NCBI GenBank assembly: GCA_044892525.1
Contig: CM097885.1
Coordinates: 204,724,001 to 204,788,000 of the forward strand
Reading direction: 5' to 3'
Length of the DNA: 64,000 bases
Origin: Schmidtea polychroa
Lineage: Eukaryota
Shown: in pieces, positions 1-11,570 of the stretch
Numbering within the stretch: position 1 is the stretch's first letter
Layout of the letters: every line of letters starts with the position of its first letter
Notes under the pieces: generated by a model
The model's input: only the letters and a program-made list of their open reading frames with translations
Databases searched by the model: none
Told to the model about the DNA's origin: nothing
Made by a program: the position numbers and the translations under genes

Positions 1-161
1 ATATTCATTTTTATAATTTTTATTATACAAACGTTTTTTTATCAATTTCGCGCTAATAACCAATATGTATAAATAAATTTATGACTTTGCTTCCGAACTG
101 GAAAAATATCCAATAATCACTCATAGGTAACAAGAGGTGTTTGATGGCAAATAAATAGCTG

Positions 162-163
<2 letters not shown>

Positions 164-200
<37 letters not shown>
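164..200. repeat. (AT)n microsatellite
   Basis: Perfect AT run. Other (AT)n runs at about 14420-14443, 34576-34652, 36858-36881, 54463-54488 and 63907-63929. Confidence 0.95.
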
Positions 201-205
<5 letters not shown>

Positions 206-500
206 TTGAGAAGATTATTTTTTATAAATAAATTCCTTTAAAAATTAGTTTTAATAAGGTTATCAAAAGTCGCAAATAAAACTAATTTAAAAAAATCAAT
301 AATATCAGAGCACAATTGATTATAATAATCTTCAATTCTTTTTTAAACCTATCTATCAATATTTTGTTTTATATTCAATACAAATTTGTTGATCGATAAT
401 CTTAAATGAGAAATGAAGACAAAAAACTCGAAAAAAAAGATCATTGGTTGAAGATTTTAATGATAAATTAATAGAACAGATAAAATATTGCAACACCCAC

Positions 501-865
501 CAGACAGCACTACCGACTCCTGAACCGAAATCATATAAATTAGCCGGCATGAATTTTGGACATCGTTTGCGAATTTCATAGAAAACTTTGCAACTGGCCG
601 CAAAATTTGGGGCTAACCGACCGACCAAATACAAATTCGACAGATTTGTCGAATATCTAATAGCATTTGGCTTATCGTCTATTTCGTATTTAATAGATGC
701 TTCAACGCTTTTCCTGAACATTTGGGAGATTACTTTATAATTGACAGCATCATTGAGAAATAAATCTTCAGATTTGCCATCATTATTTAATGAATTTTCC
801 ATTTCAAGCATATTAGAAGATATTTTCTTTTTTGCGATATTTTGAATATGTGTTTGTAGATTTTT
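501..865 (-). CDS. METTL17: METTL17/RSM22-like mitochondrial small-subunit methyltransferase-like protein, internal exon
   Basis: After acceptor cag (868-866), reads KNLQTHIQNIAKKK...YLVGRLAPNFAASCKVFYEIRKRCPKFMPANLYDFGSGVGSAVW, which includes the SAM-binding motif I DFGSGVGS. Probable donor TG|gtgggt at 500. Next exon not identified. Confidence 0.85.
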
Positions 866-1546
866 CTGTTTTAATGATATAAAATGATAAAAAAAATAGC
901 GAAACCAAAAAATAGTATAAAAAAATATAAAATTAGAGGAACCAATGGTTATTAATTCTAAAATATTTGGCTATTGTTTTTTCACTGTTACTAGGTTAAA
1001 GAAACGTTTTTATTTGAATTTGGTTTGAAATTGTAATTGCTGATAATATTTCTCCTCAATAAATTGAGTTAGACTAACAAATGAAAGCTTAAAACCTTTT
1101 ATGGAAATAAAATTCACTAAAAACATTCAAAAATTTGAAAGTTACTCGAGAAGAAACTCGAGTAAAAATAAGACAAATTTTATTGAGCTTAATATATTGT
1201 TCTGCTCATATAATAATATATTACATCTAGAATTGATCAGATCTGTACACCTTGCTCGTGATTCATGGTAGAAATTAAGTATTTACAATAACTTTAATCG
1301 ATAACATAATCTTTTATTTCAATATCTGAAAATCGACTTTTTAAAAATCGAATGCATAATTTATTCAATTCCACCAAGTATTTCTTTTAAAACTGTAAAA
1401 CTACGGTCAATATTAAAAATTATTGTAATCAAATCTAAATTAATGATTGAAAATTTTGAATATCCTAATTTCCCCAATATGACCAATTAATCAATTATAT
1501 ATTTATTCTAACGAAAAGCACCAAATCCAATATATACATTTTACTA

Positions 1547-1960
1547 CAATATATTTCGACAGAATCACTGTCATCTTCGGGTAGAATTGAAATCAAACTA
1601 AATCAATATAAATTGCTCTTTTTTTAAACAAACTAATTAACTAATTCATTAAATTTTTTTTAATTAATTTCGCTAAAAATTTACAAAATTCTGTTTTTTA
1701 TATTCAAACTTTAAAAATTATAAAGTTTTAAAATTTTTAAAACTCACAGAAGTTGAAATCATACAAGATTCTAATAAATTTTCCACAAAATTGTGTTTAC
1801 TAATAATAATCAATTGCTTCAGTCGATAGTGATCAGGAACTTGAAAACGGAGATGACGGACAGTCATTCCAATGTATGTGGCATTGCACCCATGACATAA
1901 ATATTCATAACCAAGATCCGAAAACCATCTAAGTAATAATTGAAATCCACTAATAAACAC
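1547..1960 (-). mobile_element. Penelope-like element 3' remnant (GIY-YIG end, 3' UTR and degenerate hammerhead motif)
   Basis: YLCHGCNATYIGMTVRHLRF is a GIY-YIG endonuclease motif. Downstream CCCGAAGA-TGACAG-TGATT-CTGTC-GAAA-TATA-TT at 1582-1547. Confidence 0.7.
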
Positions 1961-1989
1961 GAAGTTTATTGATGTTATTATTTTACAAC

Positions 1990-3050
1990 GTAATATTTAT
2001 CATGTCAAGAAGAAAATCATATAGAGCATATAAAAGGTTAGAAATTGTAAAATACTCAGAAGATCATGGTAATCGTGAACCTATGAGGTTAGCGATAGTA
2101 GTATTAGAGAATGTAGAGAGCAAAACAAGCATCGGAAATAATACCAAGGGAAAGTGTGCGTTAAATGGAATGAAACAACCAGGGATCGAAAACTACCTTA
2201 AGGATATGGTTGTTGTACAAAGAATACGGTGCAATGATTAAAGATAGGTGACTATATCCCAGTTTGAAGAATCAGTGAAATTGTGCTACAACCTCAGTTG
2301 GTCAATCATTACCATTCGATTAGAGAGAAATTGGAATTGTTTATTATGTTCGTGAAAGATGAAATAAAAGATCGGTGATTGGCACACATTGATAATATGG
2401 ATGAGATACATGTTGCAATTAATATGCCTAGAAATTATACAATATCGGAATAGGAGAGGTTGAGGATGTGACAATTGTAATAAGCGGTATGGAAAGTGTA
2501 ACTGTACTGCGGTTTTAGGTGTTACTATAAATGGTGATAAGTGCAATTCAATGGTCATTTTCAACACAAAAACGATACCAAGAAGAAAATTTCCAAAGAG
2601 CATTGTTTTTAATGCTAATCCTACATGGTAGATAACTGTAGAGATGTTTGCAAAGTGGCTGGAGACGAAGGAAAAGAGCAATCTTTCCCATCAAATCAAT
2701 GTTGGTCTATGATTCTGTAACTTCTCATTTAACAAAAGATGTTTGAATAGTAGGGAAAAATATGTAATATCGTCGTTTTACCCGTGAAACTTACTAACTA
2801 TTAGATTTGACTATTAATATCATTTCAATAAAAGATTAGAAACTGTTGAGAGAAATGGATGTTCGAATGAAAGTATGCATATATCAAGCGTGGAAACCAA
2901 AATCGTGTGTTTAATGAAGAAATGTGAAGGTGAATTAAGAAGGTATGGAATTAGATTAGTACGGAATGTATTAGGAATGAGTTCATGAAAACAGGCACCA
3001 GGTGACATTAAACTATTTCAGGATTTAAATGTTGAAAGGAATGGGAGAAG
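1990..3050 (+). mobile_element. Degenerate pogo-like (POGK-type, DDE_1) transposase
   Basis: RRKSYRAYKRLEIVKYSEDHGNRE (Brinker-type DBD), IDNMDEIHVAINMP, TAVLGVTINGDK..MVIFNTKTIP and KSMLVYDS, across stops and frameshifts. Confidence 0.75.
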
Positions 3051-3377
3051 TGTTGTTAGTTTGAATAGTTTGACAAGCGATTTTTATGATAACGTTGATG
3101 GCTTTAAAGTTTATTCGTATGAATACTTTGAAAGTTTAAGGGAAATAATTTTAATCGATAACATGACATTTTATTCAAATACTTTCTGAAAATAGACTTA
3201 TTCAATTTTAACAAATATTTCTTTCGAGACTTTTTTAAATAGTAAAAATTTTATTTATTGATTTGAATTTTTGTCCAATATTCATAATAATTAAACGCGA
3301 GAATTATTGTTTCAAATAAACTTAAATTAAATTATTATGTTTTCTATGATGACATACAGCCGTTGTATAATCTAGCT

Positions 3378-4107
3378 CAGTGTTCTTCAACCTGGGTTCC
3401 GCGGAACCCTTGGGTTCCGTATAAAAAATTATGGGTTCCGCGAACAAATTTTATGATTTCTTATAAAAAAAGTTTTCAATATAAATAAACATATAATAAT
3501 TTATATTTTATACATTGAAAATTTTCTGTTGTAAAATTTTACGCCTTGAAAATTTATGAAATGCTACAATGACATTGAAATTTTTTTTATTTACTAAAAA
3601 TGTAAGAAAAGTATAAATTATCAAAAATATTTGAGAATAATTCGATTTTTTCTTTAAATTTCAATATATAATGATTAAAATTTTGATGCCATTTGTGACC
3701 ACTTATATGTGTGAAAGATCTTTCTCGCTATATATTGCCACAAAAACAAAATACAGAAATAAATTAGATGCTGAAAATGAAATGAGGCTACAAATTACAA
3801 GAATTGTACCAGATTTCAATGTAATTTGTAGCAAAAAACAGGCTCAACCTAGTCATTGAGTACCATTTAATATCAAATTTCTATTTTTTTTATGTTAAAC
3901 TTTATATTTTTGCCATTAATTATTTAAATAAAATAATTTTATATTATAAAGTGCATTATTTTTTTATAAATTACCACATCGACAACCCCAATTGAATACA
4001 TATATACATGCCCACATATACATGGGGAAATTTTTATTGGAAGGGTTCCGACGACTGCGAAAGTTTTTGGAAGGGTTCCGACGACTGCGAAAGGTTGAAG
4101 AGCACTG
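3378..4107 (+). mobile_element. Internally deleted hAT (Buster/Charlie-like) element with TIRs and 8-bp TSD
   Basis: TIRs CAGTGTTCTTCAACC / GGTTGAAGAGCACTG. TSD ATCTAGCT at 3370-3377 and 4108-4115. Dimerisation-domain ORF 3671-3859 (PFVTTYMCERSFS...KKQAQPSH). About 30-bp tandem subterminal GGGTTCCG repeats. Confidence 0.93.
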
Positions 4108-4415
4108 ATCTAGCTGATTGAAACATAATTTAATTGTTTCTAATCATGTGAATATTTTTGTTTATATTTAGTGTTTGTATTATTGGGGTTCAGTAGGAAC
4201 CGGAATTAAAGGTATTAGGAAAGCTTTTGAATTAAATAAAAATTAATTATTAATAGTATTAAATAAATACCAAAAATAGAATTAAAATTACTAAGTTTAG
4301 AACTTAATTATAAATAGTAATTAAATAAACAATTACTATATTTAGCTTATTAACAAAAATAGTAATTAAATAATTACTATTTATAGAATAGCTTAAATAA
4401 AAATAATATAAATAC

Positions 4416-5159
4416 TGTTATAAATTTTAGTTTAGGGGAAGAATAATTGTAGAAAGATAAGATACGCAAATAGTTAACAGTTACAATCAAAAGAAATATT
4501 AAGAAAATCGAATAATAGTACAAGAAGGCTCACTAGGCTCAATTTGTTTATAAACAACGCTATAGTTATTGAATCAAATCGATTGAAATCTCTAGTAGCT
4601 TTATAAGCTATCTATTTGGAATTTAGATCAAGAACTCAATTTGTGAAGGACTCACTATTATTTGGATATTCTTAACAGTTACAGATTAGGAGTTAGTAAT
4701 TTAGATTGTATTTGATAAAAAATATTTAATATTTGTTATAACTATAAATAAAGGATCAAAGCGTCAGTACGCCTTTTGTTACTGTTTCGCTTTATCATAA
4801 ATCAAGTCTAATCTGTTTCTGGGATTTAGACTATCGCGTTAAACTTACGGGTTTCATCCTCATCTTTATCCTTTCAACTATATCGGGCTGTTGGCGCATT
4901 TAGGGCCAGCCTTGATTCTTTAAAATAATCTTTAAGACGGTTTGTATAACCGATATCTATACTTCAGCGTGCAGCTGGTTATTTTTGGGATTATTTGTTT
5001 ATCAATTTTTGTGGTTAATACATATTTAGTTTTAATAAAACTTTAAATCATATTGCTATTTATTTGTTTATAAAATATACATATATACTTACGCGCAACC
5101 TAATAATATCAGGGGGTCAACCATTTTGTGTTAGATCGAGTGTCGCATCGAACCTAACA
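4416..5159. mobile_element. Solo-LTR-like sequence
   Basis: TGTTA...TAACA termini with internal TATA-like and AATAAA motifs. No TSD found. Confidence 0.35.
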
Positions 5160-6284
5160 GTATGTTAACTGGAAGTGTTTAATTTTTGTGTTTTTATAAC
5201 AGTTTCCTTTTATACATTATTCCATTTTATTTGTACTAAAATGCACCCGTTTCTGATTGGGAATAACAATTTGAAATGATGATTAACATTTACTATTTAT
5301 TAATATCCAAAATATTCCTTTTCCCCGATATTTAACGGGTATTATATAGACTAGGAACTCATTCAACCTGGTTACGGGTTATACTGAGTCACGATTACAA
5401 TACATCACAATAGATGCTATAAATAGAAACACGGTAAAAAAATTCTATAAATAGTAACATATTTTAAAAAATCTATAAATAGTAACATATATAGTATTAT
5501 ACAATTTAGATTCCCTAAGAATTGAGAATTTTGAATATGAGGAATTTCTAATTTTTCCCTATTTCATGTCAACGTAAATTATTTTTCATCGGATACAAAT
5601 TTCTAACTCTGAAATATTGAACATATAATTATTTTCGTTGATTATCGATCGATATCGAAAATCGATAATTGTTGAATATTTTTCTATATTTTTGCGGGCA
5701 TTGAATAATTTCTGAATATTATCGATTATTTTAGTTTTTCTATGGATTCATAAATGGTATGTTTTTGTTGAGCTTAAGATGACGCATATTTTTGCTGTTG
5801 GTAACTAAGGCATATTTTGACTTCATCACGTAGTTACAAAAATTAGTTATAGAAGCAAAAATACATTCTAAAATTCCCGCCAAAATTGATTTTGTTACTT
5901 TATGAATTATCACTAGTAACAGGTGCGCTTTAGCTCACGAGTTAGGCAATTTATGTCAATATAATATGACGATTCTCATTGTGATTTAGCAGGACACGGT
6001 CATCACATTGTCGGAAACAGCCGAATTATAAATTGAATTCAGCAAAAAATTCAAATTAAATTATTTCTGAGGAAAATTATTAAATTAAATCAATTGAACA
6101 ATAAGATTAGACAAATGGTGTCATTACTAGAAAAGTAACTTAATATAAAAGTTAAACAAATGTTTTGTTGGTTTTCATGGTATTTCTAAACTAAATTTGA
6201 ATTTATACATTAATAAATATTAATACGAATTTTTAAAAATTAATTGAATTTAATTAATATACAAACCAGTTAAATAATTTTTAC

Positions 6285-6575
6285 TTCGTTTATTATAGAT
6301 CTTTCCCACAAAATAGTTTTAAGGCCTTTAGCTGCAATTCTTAATTCACTTGGTCGTAAGGGAACATTGTCACGCAAATATTTGGCAACTGCTTTGTCTA
6401 ATCTATCTGGCAATTGAATAGGGGGTAATTGTAGGTAACACGGATGGTTACGTATTGATGCGTTAGTTTCACCATTTATGATCATATACTTTTCAAACTT
6501 TGGACATACTTTAAATAGCTTTTTACCTGATTTTATATTATTGATATTAAAAAGATTTTCCGCGATTTTTGCTGC
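6285..6575 (-). CDS. METTL17: METTL17/RSM22-like protein, 5'-most recognisable coding exon
   Basis: tgtatag|AAKIAENLF...RNHPCYLQLPPIQLPDRLDKAV...LWERSIINE|gtaaaa. The phase-0 join to the exon at 865 gives LWERSIINEKNLQTHIQ, collinear with the METTL17 N-terminus. Confidence 0.8.
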
Positions 6576-8289
6576 CTATACAAAATAAAAATATTATATA
6601 TTTATTATGAAACAATTTATATGTAATGTTTATGTATAAAATCCATTAAAAATTTTATATGAATACTGTATTGAAAACTAAAATTTCTATTCGAATATTA
6701 AAACAAAAAAGTGATTAAATTATTAAGCTTTGAAAATAAAATATTAATGTAAATTAATTTATAATAAGAGTTAACATCTTATTTCTAATTCCCGATTTTT
6801 TAAAAATTAGATGAAAAACTCAATCTTAAAACCGAGTCCATTTACAAAATAAAATATACTTTAAGGTACAGGTATTCAGCACTAAAGTATAATCATTAAA
6901 TATTAAGGGAAGTTGCCCATTAAATTGTATACTTAACCAATAAAAGTGCTTTTCTCACAATTAATAATAACAAATTAAATTATATATATAAATCCTGAGT
7001 TTCACATATGTTGTTAATATTGTGTTAGTATATGGGGATTGACTTGTTTACAGTTTCTAGTGCAATTATTTGTCTCACATAACACTTTGACCATTGACTT
7101 CCGCCAGATACAACCGCGAAGTCTTCGCCTGATCTTCGTATTGATACTATGTATTGGGCTCAAAAACTATTGAATAGGAGCGCGTACTTTTTACTGCTCG
7201 AATATCTTCTTCGTATTATGACAACCAATATGTCATACGCCGTTGTTTCTTTCTTTGCCTTTCTCAATGAAAGCATCCTATCTTTAGATCGGATTCTTCC
7301 AGCCTATTATGCGTTAACTATAAATACAATTAATTAAGAAGACACAATTACATTATAAATTTTATTTAAAACAATTACATTAAATTTCTATGCACTTTAT
7401 GGGGTCGGCATCAATGATTAAACCCAGAAAAGAGTTGTTGATGAGTATCTCGACCCATAAAACTCTTCGAACAGCATCAGAGCTGTCACTGGCTGATATA
7501 TTGTCACAATCTGTTTTCTATTCATCTTTTACAGCTTTTTTGCCTACAGAAATTTTTCTTCTTTCGATTTACAGTTGGTGTGCACCGCAGGTGGAATTTC
7601 CATGGTAGAAATATGTTGGGAAATTCAGTTGGCTGCATTATCTATCTCGAGATTCAACGTTTTAATTTTGATTCTGAAAGTATCTGCAAACGAGCATAGG
7701 TTTGTTTATTGATTAATCTCTATGAGCTCTACTCTGTCTTTTTATTGTTGTCGGATTTATTAGTCTATGTAATTTTTTATTCAATTCTTTTGCGAGGCAA
7801 GAGTTAAACCATGTTCTTTGCATTGCGTCTATTTGTTGCCGCGTCTCGTTTAAATGAAGCTGTAGTTTGACTATTTATTTTTGTTTCTCGACACAATTCT
7901 TGTAATAATCGGTAGATCTAAGCATGAAATGATAACATAAGGTATATTTAGAATACGATGAATTTTAACAAAGATTTTTCAGATAAAATGGGACGGAGAA
8001 CATGCAATTTTCACACATTTAAATTCGGTTGCTCATAAAAAATATACTAATCAGCTTATAAACAATCAATTATTAACTTCTTTTATTTCAACTAAAGATA
8101 TTTCAGATGAATATAAAGTTGCTCAAATTGAACTTGCAAGAACTTATCATGCAATTATGCATCATCACAGCTATTTAAGCACTGACTGTGGAATAAAATT
8201 AAATTCTAAAATGTATGAGACCTCAACTATCGCGAAAAAAGTACATTGCTGGAGAACAAAGGCCGAGGCGATAGTAAAAAATATACTTG

Positions 8290-8872
8290 TTGAAAAACAA
8301 ATCTATAGTATTCCATGGCCCTTTCAGCTGCTTTTTCTTTTGGCAAGACATGGTAAATTAAAAATATTGTTTCAATCCATGCGGCAATAAATTAAAGAAT
8401 TATCATTAAATATTTATATACAACACGATCATTAACCATATTAAGAACCAGTTTAATAACGGAAACACACTGGTAATTAATGTAGATACAGAAATATACC
8501 AAGGAAATTGTGATTTAACACAACCATAAGCGATTTCTAAATACAAAAACCTACAATCGGATAAAACGGTGATATCGAATAATGAATTGTTTAAAGTATA
8601 ATTGAGAACTTCCTTTTTCAAATTGTCAATAAGAGGTGGATGTTGCAGCAGATATATTATACAAAGAAGAACACATATCACTAAGTCGATTAAAATAATT
8701 AAACATAACATTCGACGCATTGGTGATGATTTTAATTCATCTGTCGCACCTTCTACGTGAAGATTACTGGCAAGACCATATGTTTTCTATTTGATGGATC
8801 AAACTTTTTAAAATAGGAGCTTTTTCTGATATACTCGACATATAAGATTTATATAGATTTCAATAAGACTGT
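8290..8872 (-). pseudogene. STARD3: Processed, SL-bearing pseudogene of a STARD3/STARD3NL (MLN64/MENTAL domain) mRNA
   Basis: SL then MSSISEKAPIL, a frameshift, then SPMRRMLCLIILIDLVICVLLCII..NLKKEVLNYTLNNSLFDITVL..CRF...YLMIIL*FIAAWIETIF..HVLPKE. This is collinear with the MENTAL domain (RRTFCLFVTFDL...SFVLAWLETWFLDFKVLPQE) with no introns. Confidence 0.85.
8839..8872 (-). other. Genomic copy of the planarian spliced-leader exon (about 8 nt 5'-truncated), fused directly to an mRNA body
   Basis: ACAGTCTTATTGAAATCTATATAAATCTTATATG versus recalled SL ACGGTCTTATCGAAATCTATATAAATCTTATATG (2 transitions). It is followed by coding sequence rather than a GT donor, so it is not an SL RNA gene. Confidence 0.85.
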
Positions 8873-10699
8873 TTTTCTATTTGAGGGATCAAACTTTACA
8901 ATATTGAATTGAATAAACAACTTGAAATCTCTTTATTTTTACTGCAAATCCTTTCAGTGCAATGAATTTTAGTACATATCATTTGCCGAAATTTATCTTT
9001 ACTGATGCTTTGAAAAATATCATAATTTCCATTAAATACTTCATAAACTTCTCGAATTAAATTAGGATTACTAGAATATACAAATCGTCTGATCCATTCG
9101 TTCAACAATTTCAATGACCAGTCATTTAAATAGATTCTATCGACAAAGGTAATTTTCGCCAAACAATCTTCAGCAATGTTGGATTTTTCCATAAATTACG
9201 TTACGGTAAATGGATTCTTCAATCAAATTACATAACCATAAAAAACAAAAACATTCAATTAAAATATCAATTCACCAAGTTAACAGCATCAATTAAAACA
9301 ATCCAAAATGCAACTCAGGATTGACCACCAAATCTATTGAAATGGTTTTAAGTTATATCACAAATGATATTTATTATTCAATTGCTACAGATGTGTCAAA
9401 TAATTGATCGCGTAAATTATTCTCTTTTGTGATTTGCTATTTTTCTGTAACTCAGGGAATTCAAAATAAGTTGGTGGATTCTTTTGAAGATTCTCATGAA
9501 GGATATGCTGATATTTATAAAAATATTGAGACATTTTTGAAATCCAATAATTTGGACATGAGTTACCTATCCGCTTATTCTTCGAACAATGCACCGATAA
9601 ACTATGGTGTTCATAATTCAGTTTATCAAAAACCTTTAGAAAAATCTTTGGGTGTTATAAAAGCAAACTGTCAGTGCCATGTCATTCACAATGCTGGAAG
9701 AAACGCTTGCAAAATCCTTTCTTACGACATTGAAAGTTTAGTTTTAAAAGTTTATACCGAATTTTCAAAACGTGCAAAACGTGATGCAGAGCTAAAAATG
9801 TTTTTTGAAGGTTTTGATATGGAATATCAAAAAGTAATCACACATGTTTCAACAATGTGGTTGTCTTTATATCGCAGCATTAATAGATTGATTAGATCAT
9901 GGCCCACAGTCAAAGCATATTTTTTGAAAATTGGTGAAGAAGAATGCGAAAGTATAATTTGAAATTTATAAAAGATAACAAAAATGGATTACAAATGATT
10001 TAAAGACTGAATTAACATTACCAGAATGCTATTTATATTTTGTCCATCATTATATGAGTGTCTTGAATGAAGCAATGTTAAGTTTTGAAAAAATTATATT
10101 GCCAGTACCGATTTGTACGATTTAATGAAAGACTTGAGAGACAAAATAACCAGTAGATTAGCTAACAAGTTTTATGGAAGTAAAGTTAAAGATTCTTTAA
10201 AATATTTTTCAAAATCACAAAGGACAAAATTTATCTTAGAAGCTGACAAAGTATATAGCAGAACGCTCGCTTATTTAAACAATTTTTATGACTATGAAAA
10301 CACCTCATTTGTACTTTTTAGTATCTTTAATTTAAAGCAGCAACTAAATTATGATAATGTTCTAGCAGTTTCTAAAAAAATATGATAAACGATTTGAACG
10401 AAGATACGTTATACGACAAAGTAGACGCTGTGAACCGTATACAAGAGAAAATAAAAAAAACTAAACTTATCAGTTGACCAAATGTGGGTTAAAATTTTTG
10501 AGGCATCTAATTTTTCAGAGTTACAAAAACTGGTTGGAAAAAAAAATTTCAATACCAGTTAGTAATGCATTTGTTGAGCGTTATTTTCTCTGGTGGGCAA
10601 TTTATGGACGGATGAACGCAATTGCTTGGATGTTGCAATGGTCAAAGCTGAGTTATGCACAAAAATAAATTACAACATGATCTGTTCAGTATTTTTTTT

Positions 10700-11560
10700 A
10701 TTTTGAATAAGACCAGGATCGGACAGTTCAATATCAACACACTTCATTCCATGCATCTGAAGTACTATTTCAATATCCTGGAGGGCTTTCTTCTCAGAGA
10801 TGAAACCATTGAAACGTAATATATATTCTAGAAGCAAAAACTAAGAATATTCAACTTTAATGCAGCTCCTTTGAATGTATATTCAACAACTTCATTCTCA
10901 GTCTTGAGATCTACAAATCATTGAGTAACTCGAACATTTAGCAACAAGATTCACAAATGAAAACGCTCTTGATTTTTAGGATTGATGGAATATATGAGCA
11001 TTTTATTTTTTAGATTTTTGGCAAAGACGTAACGCTCTGAAATTTTAGCATACAAATATTGTTTCACCTTTGTATCATCTTTGTTAAGCTCAGGCGAAGA
11101 ATATTCAAGATTGCTCTTTTCCTTCGTCTCCAAACCAATTCTTCTTGACAATGTTGAAAGTAAATCATTTTTTCATCAGAAAGGTGGACTATAACGCGAT
11201 AAACGACATGTGATCGATGGTGCATAGGATAAGAAGTTGTTTCGGGAGCGCAACTGTAACGGGAATCCATGAATTTGAGACAATGATGACAGTATCACTG
11301 AGCCACAAATAATCCATAAGTCCATGATATTTTTATATAATCAAATGACCTCGCTGATTCCGCACAAAGTTCAAGTTATTGGCTTCCACTTGTAAATGAG
11401 AAACTACAGCCCATTGTTGAAACGACTTTCCTCCGTGAAAAATAGGATTGAATAGACAAACTTTTACAGCTATTTCTATTGAAATGTTTGATTCGCCAGC
11501 TAGTTTAACGACTAACACAGTTTGCACTATCTGACTCCAAAAGATACTGCACGGTTTAAA
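10700..11560 (-). mobile_element. Degenerate, internally deleted Helitron Rep/helicase remnant
   Basis: LFNPIFHGGKSFQQWAVVSHLQVEANNLNF, MHHRSHVVYRVIVHL, QYLYAKISERYVF and ERFHL*ILLLNV..FVDLKT are Helitron RepHel motifs. Confidence 0.75.
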
Positions 11561-11570
11561 TAAATAAGAG

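Larger units (their letters stand above)
7985..10690 (+). mobile_element. Degenerate hAT-superfamily transposase, split by an insertion of about 1.04 kb (about 8290-9325)
   Basis: HHHSYLSTDC..KVHCWRTKAEAIVKNIL / KSIEMVLSYITNDIYYSIATDVSN, ANCQCHVIHNA, STMWLSL and IPVSNAFVER. Many stops and frameshifts. Confidence 0.8.

Noticed and set aside
356-500. C-terminal part of the 151-aa ORF as METTL17 sequence
   Set aside because: Similarity stops at GSAVW, where a GT donor occurs, so the remainder is probably intron read-through.
7090-7930. Possible retrotransposon gag remnant (minus strand)
   Set aside because: Only vague gag-like spacing with many stops, and no LTR, PBS or zinc knuckle.
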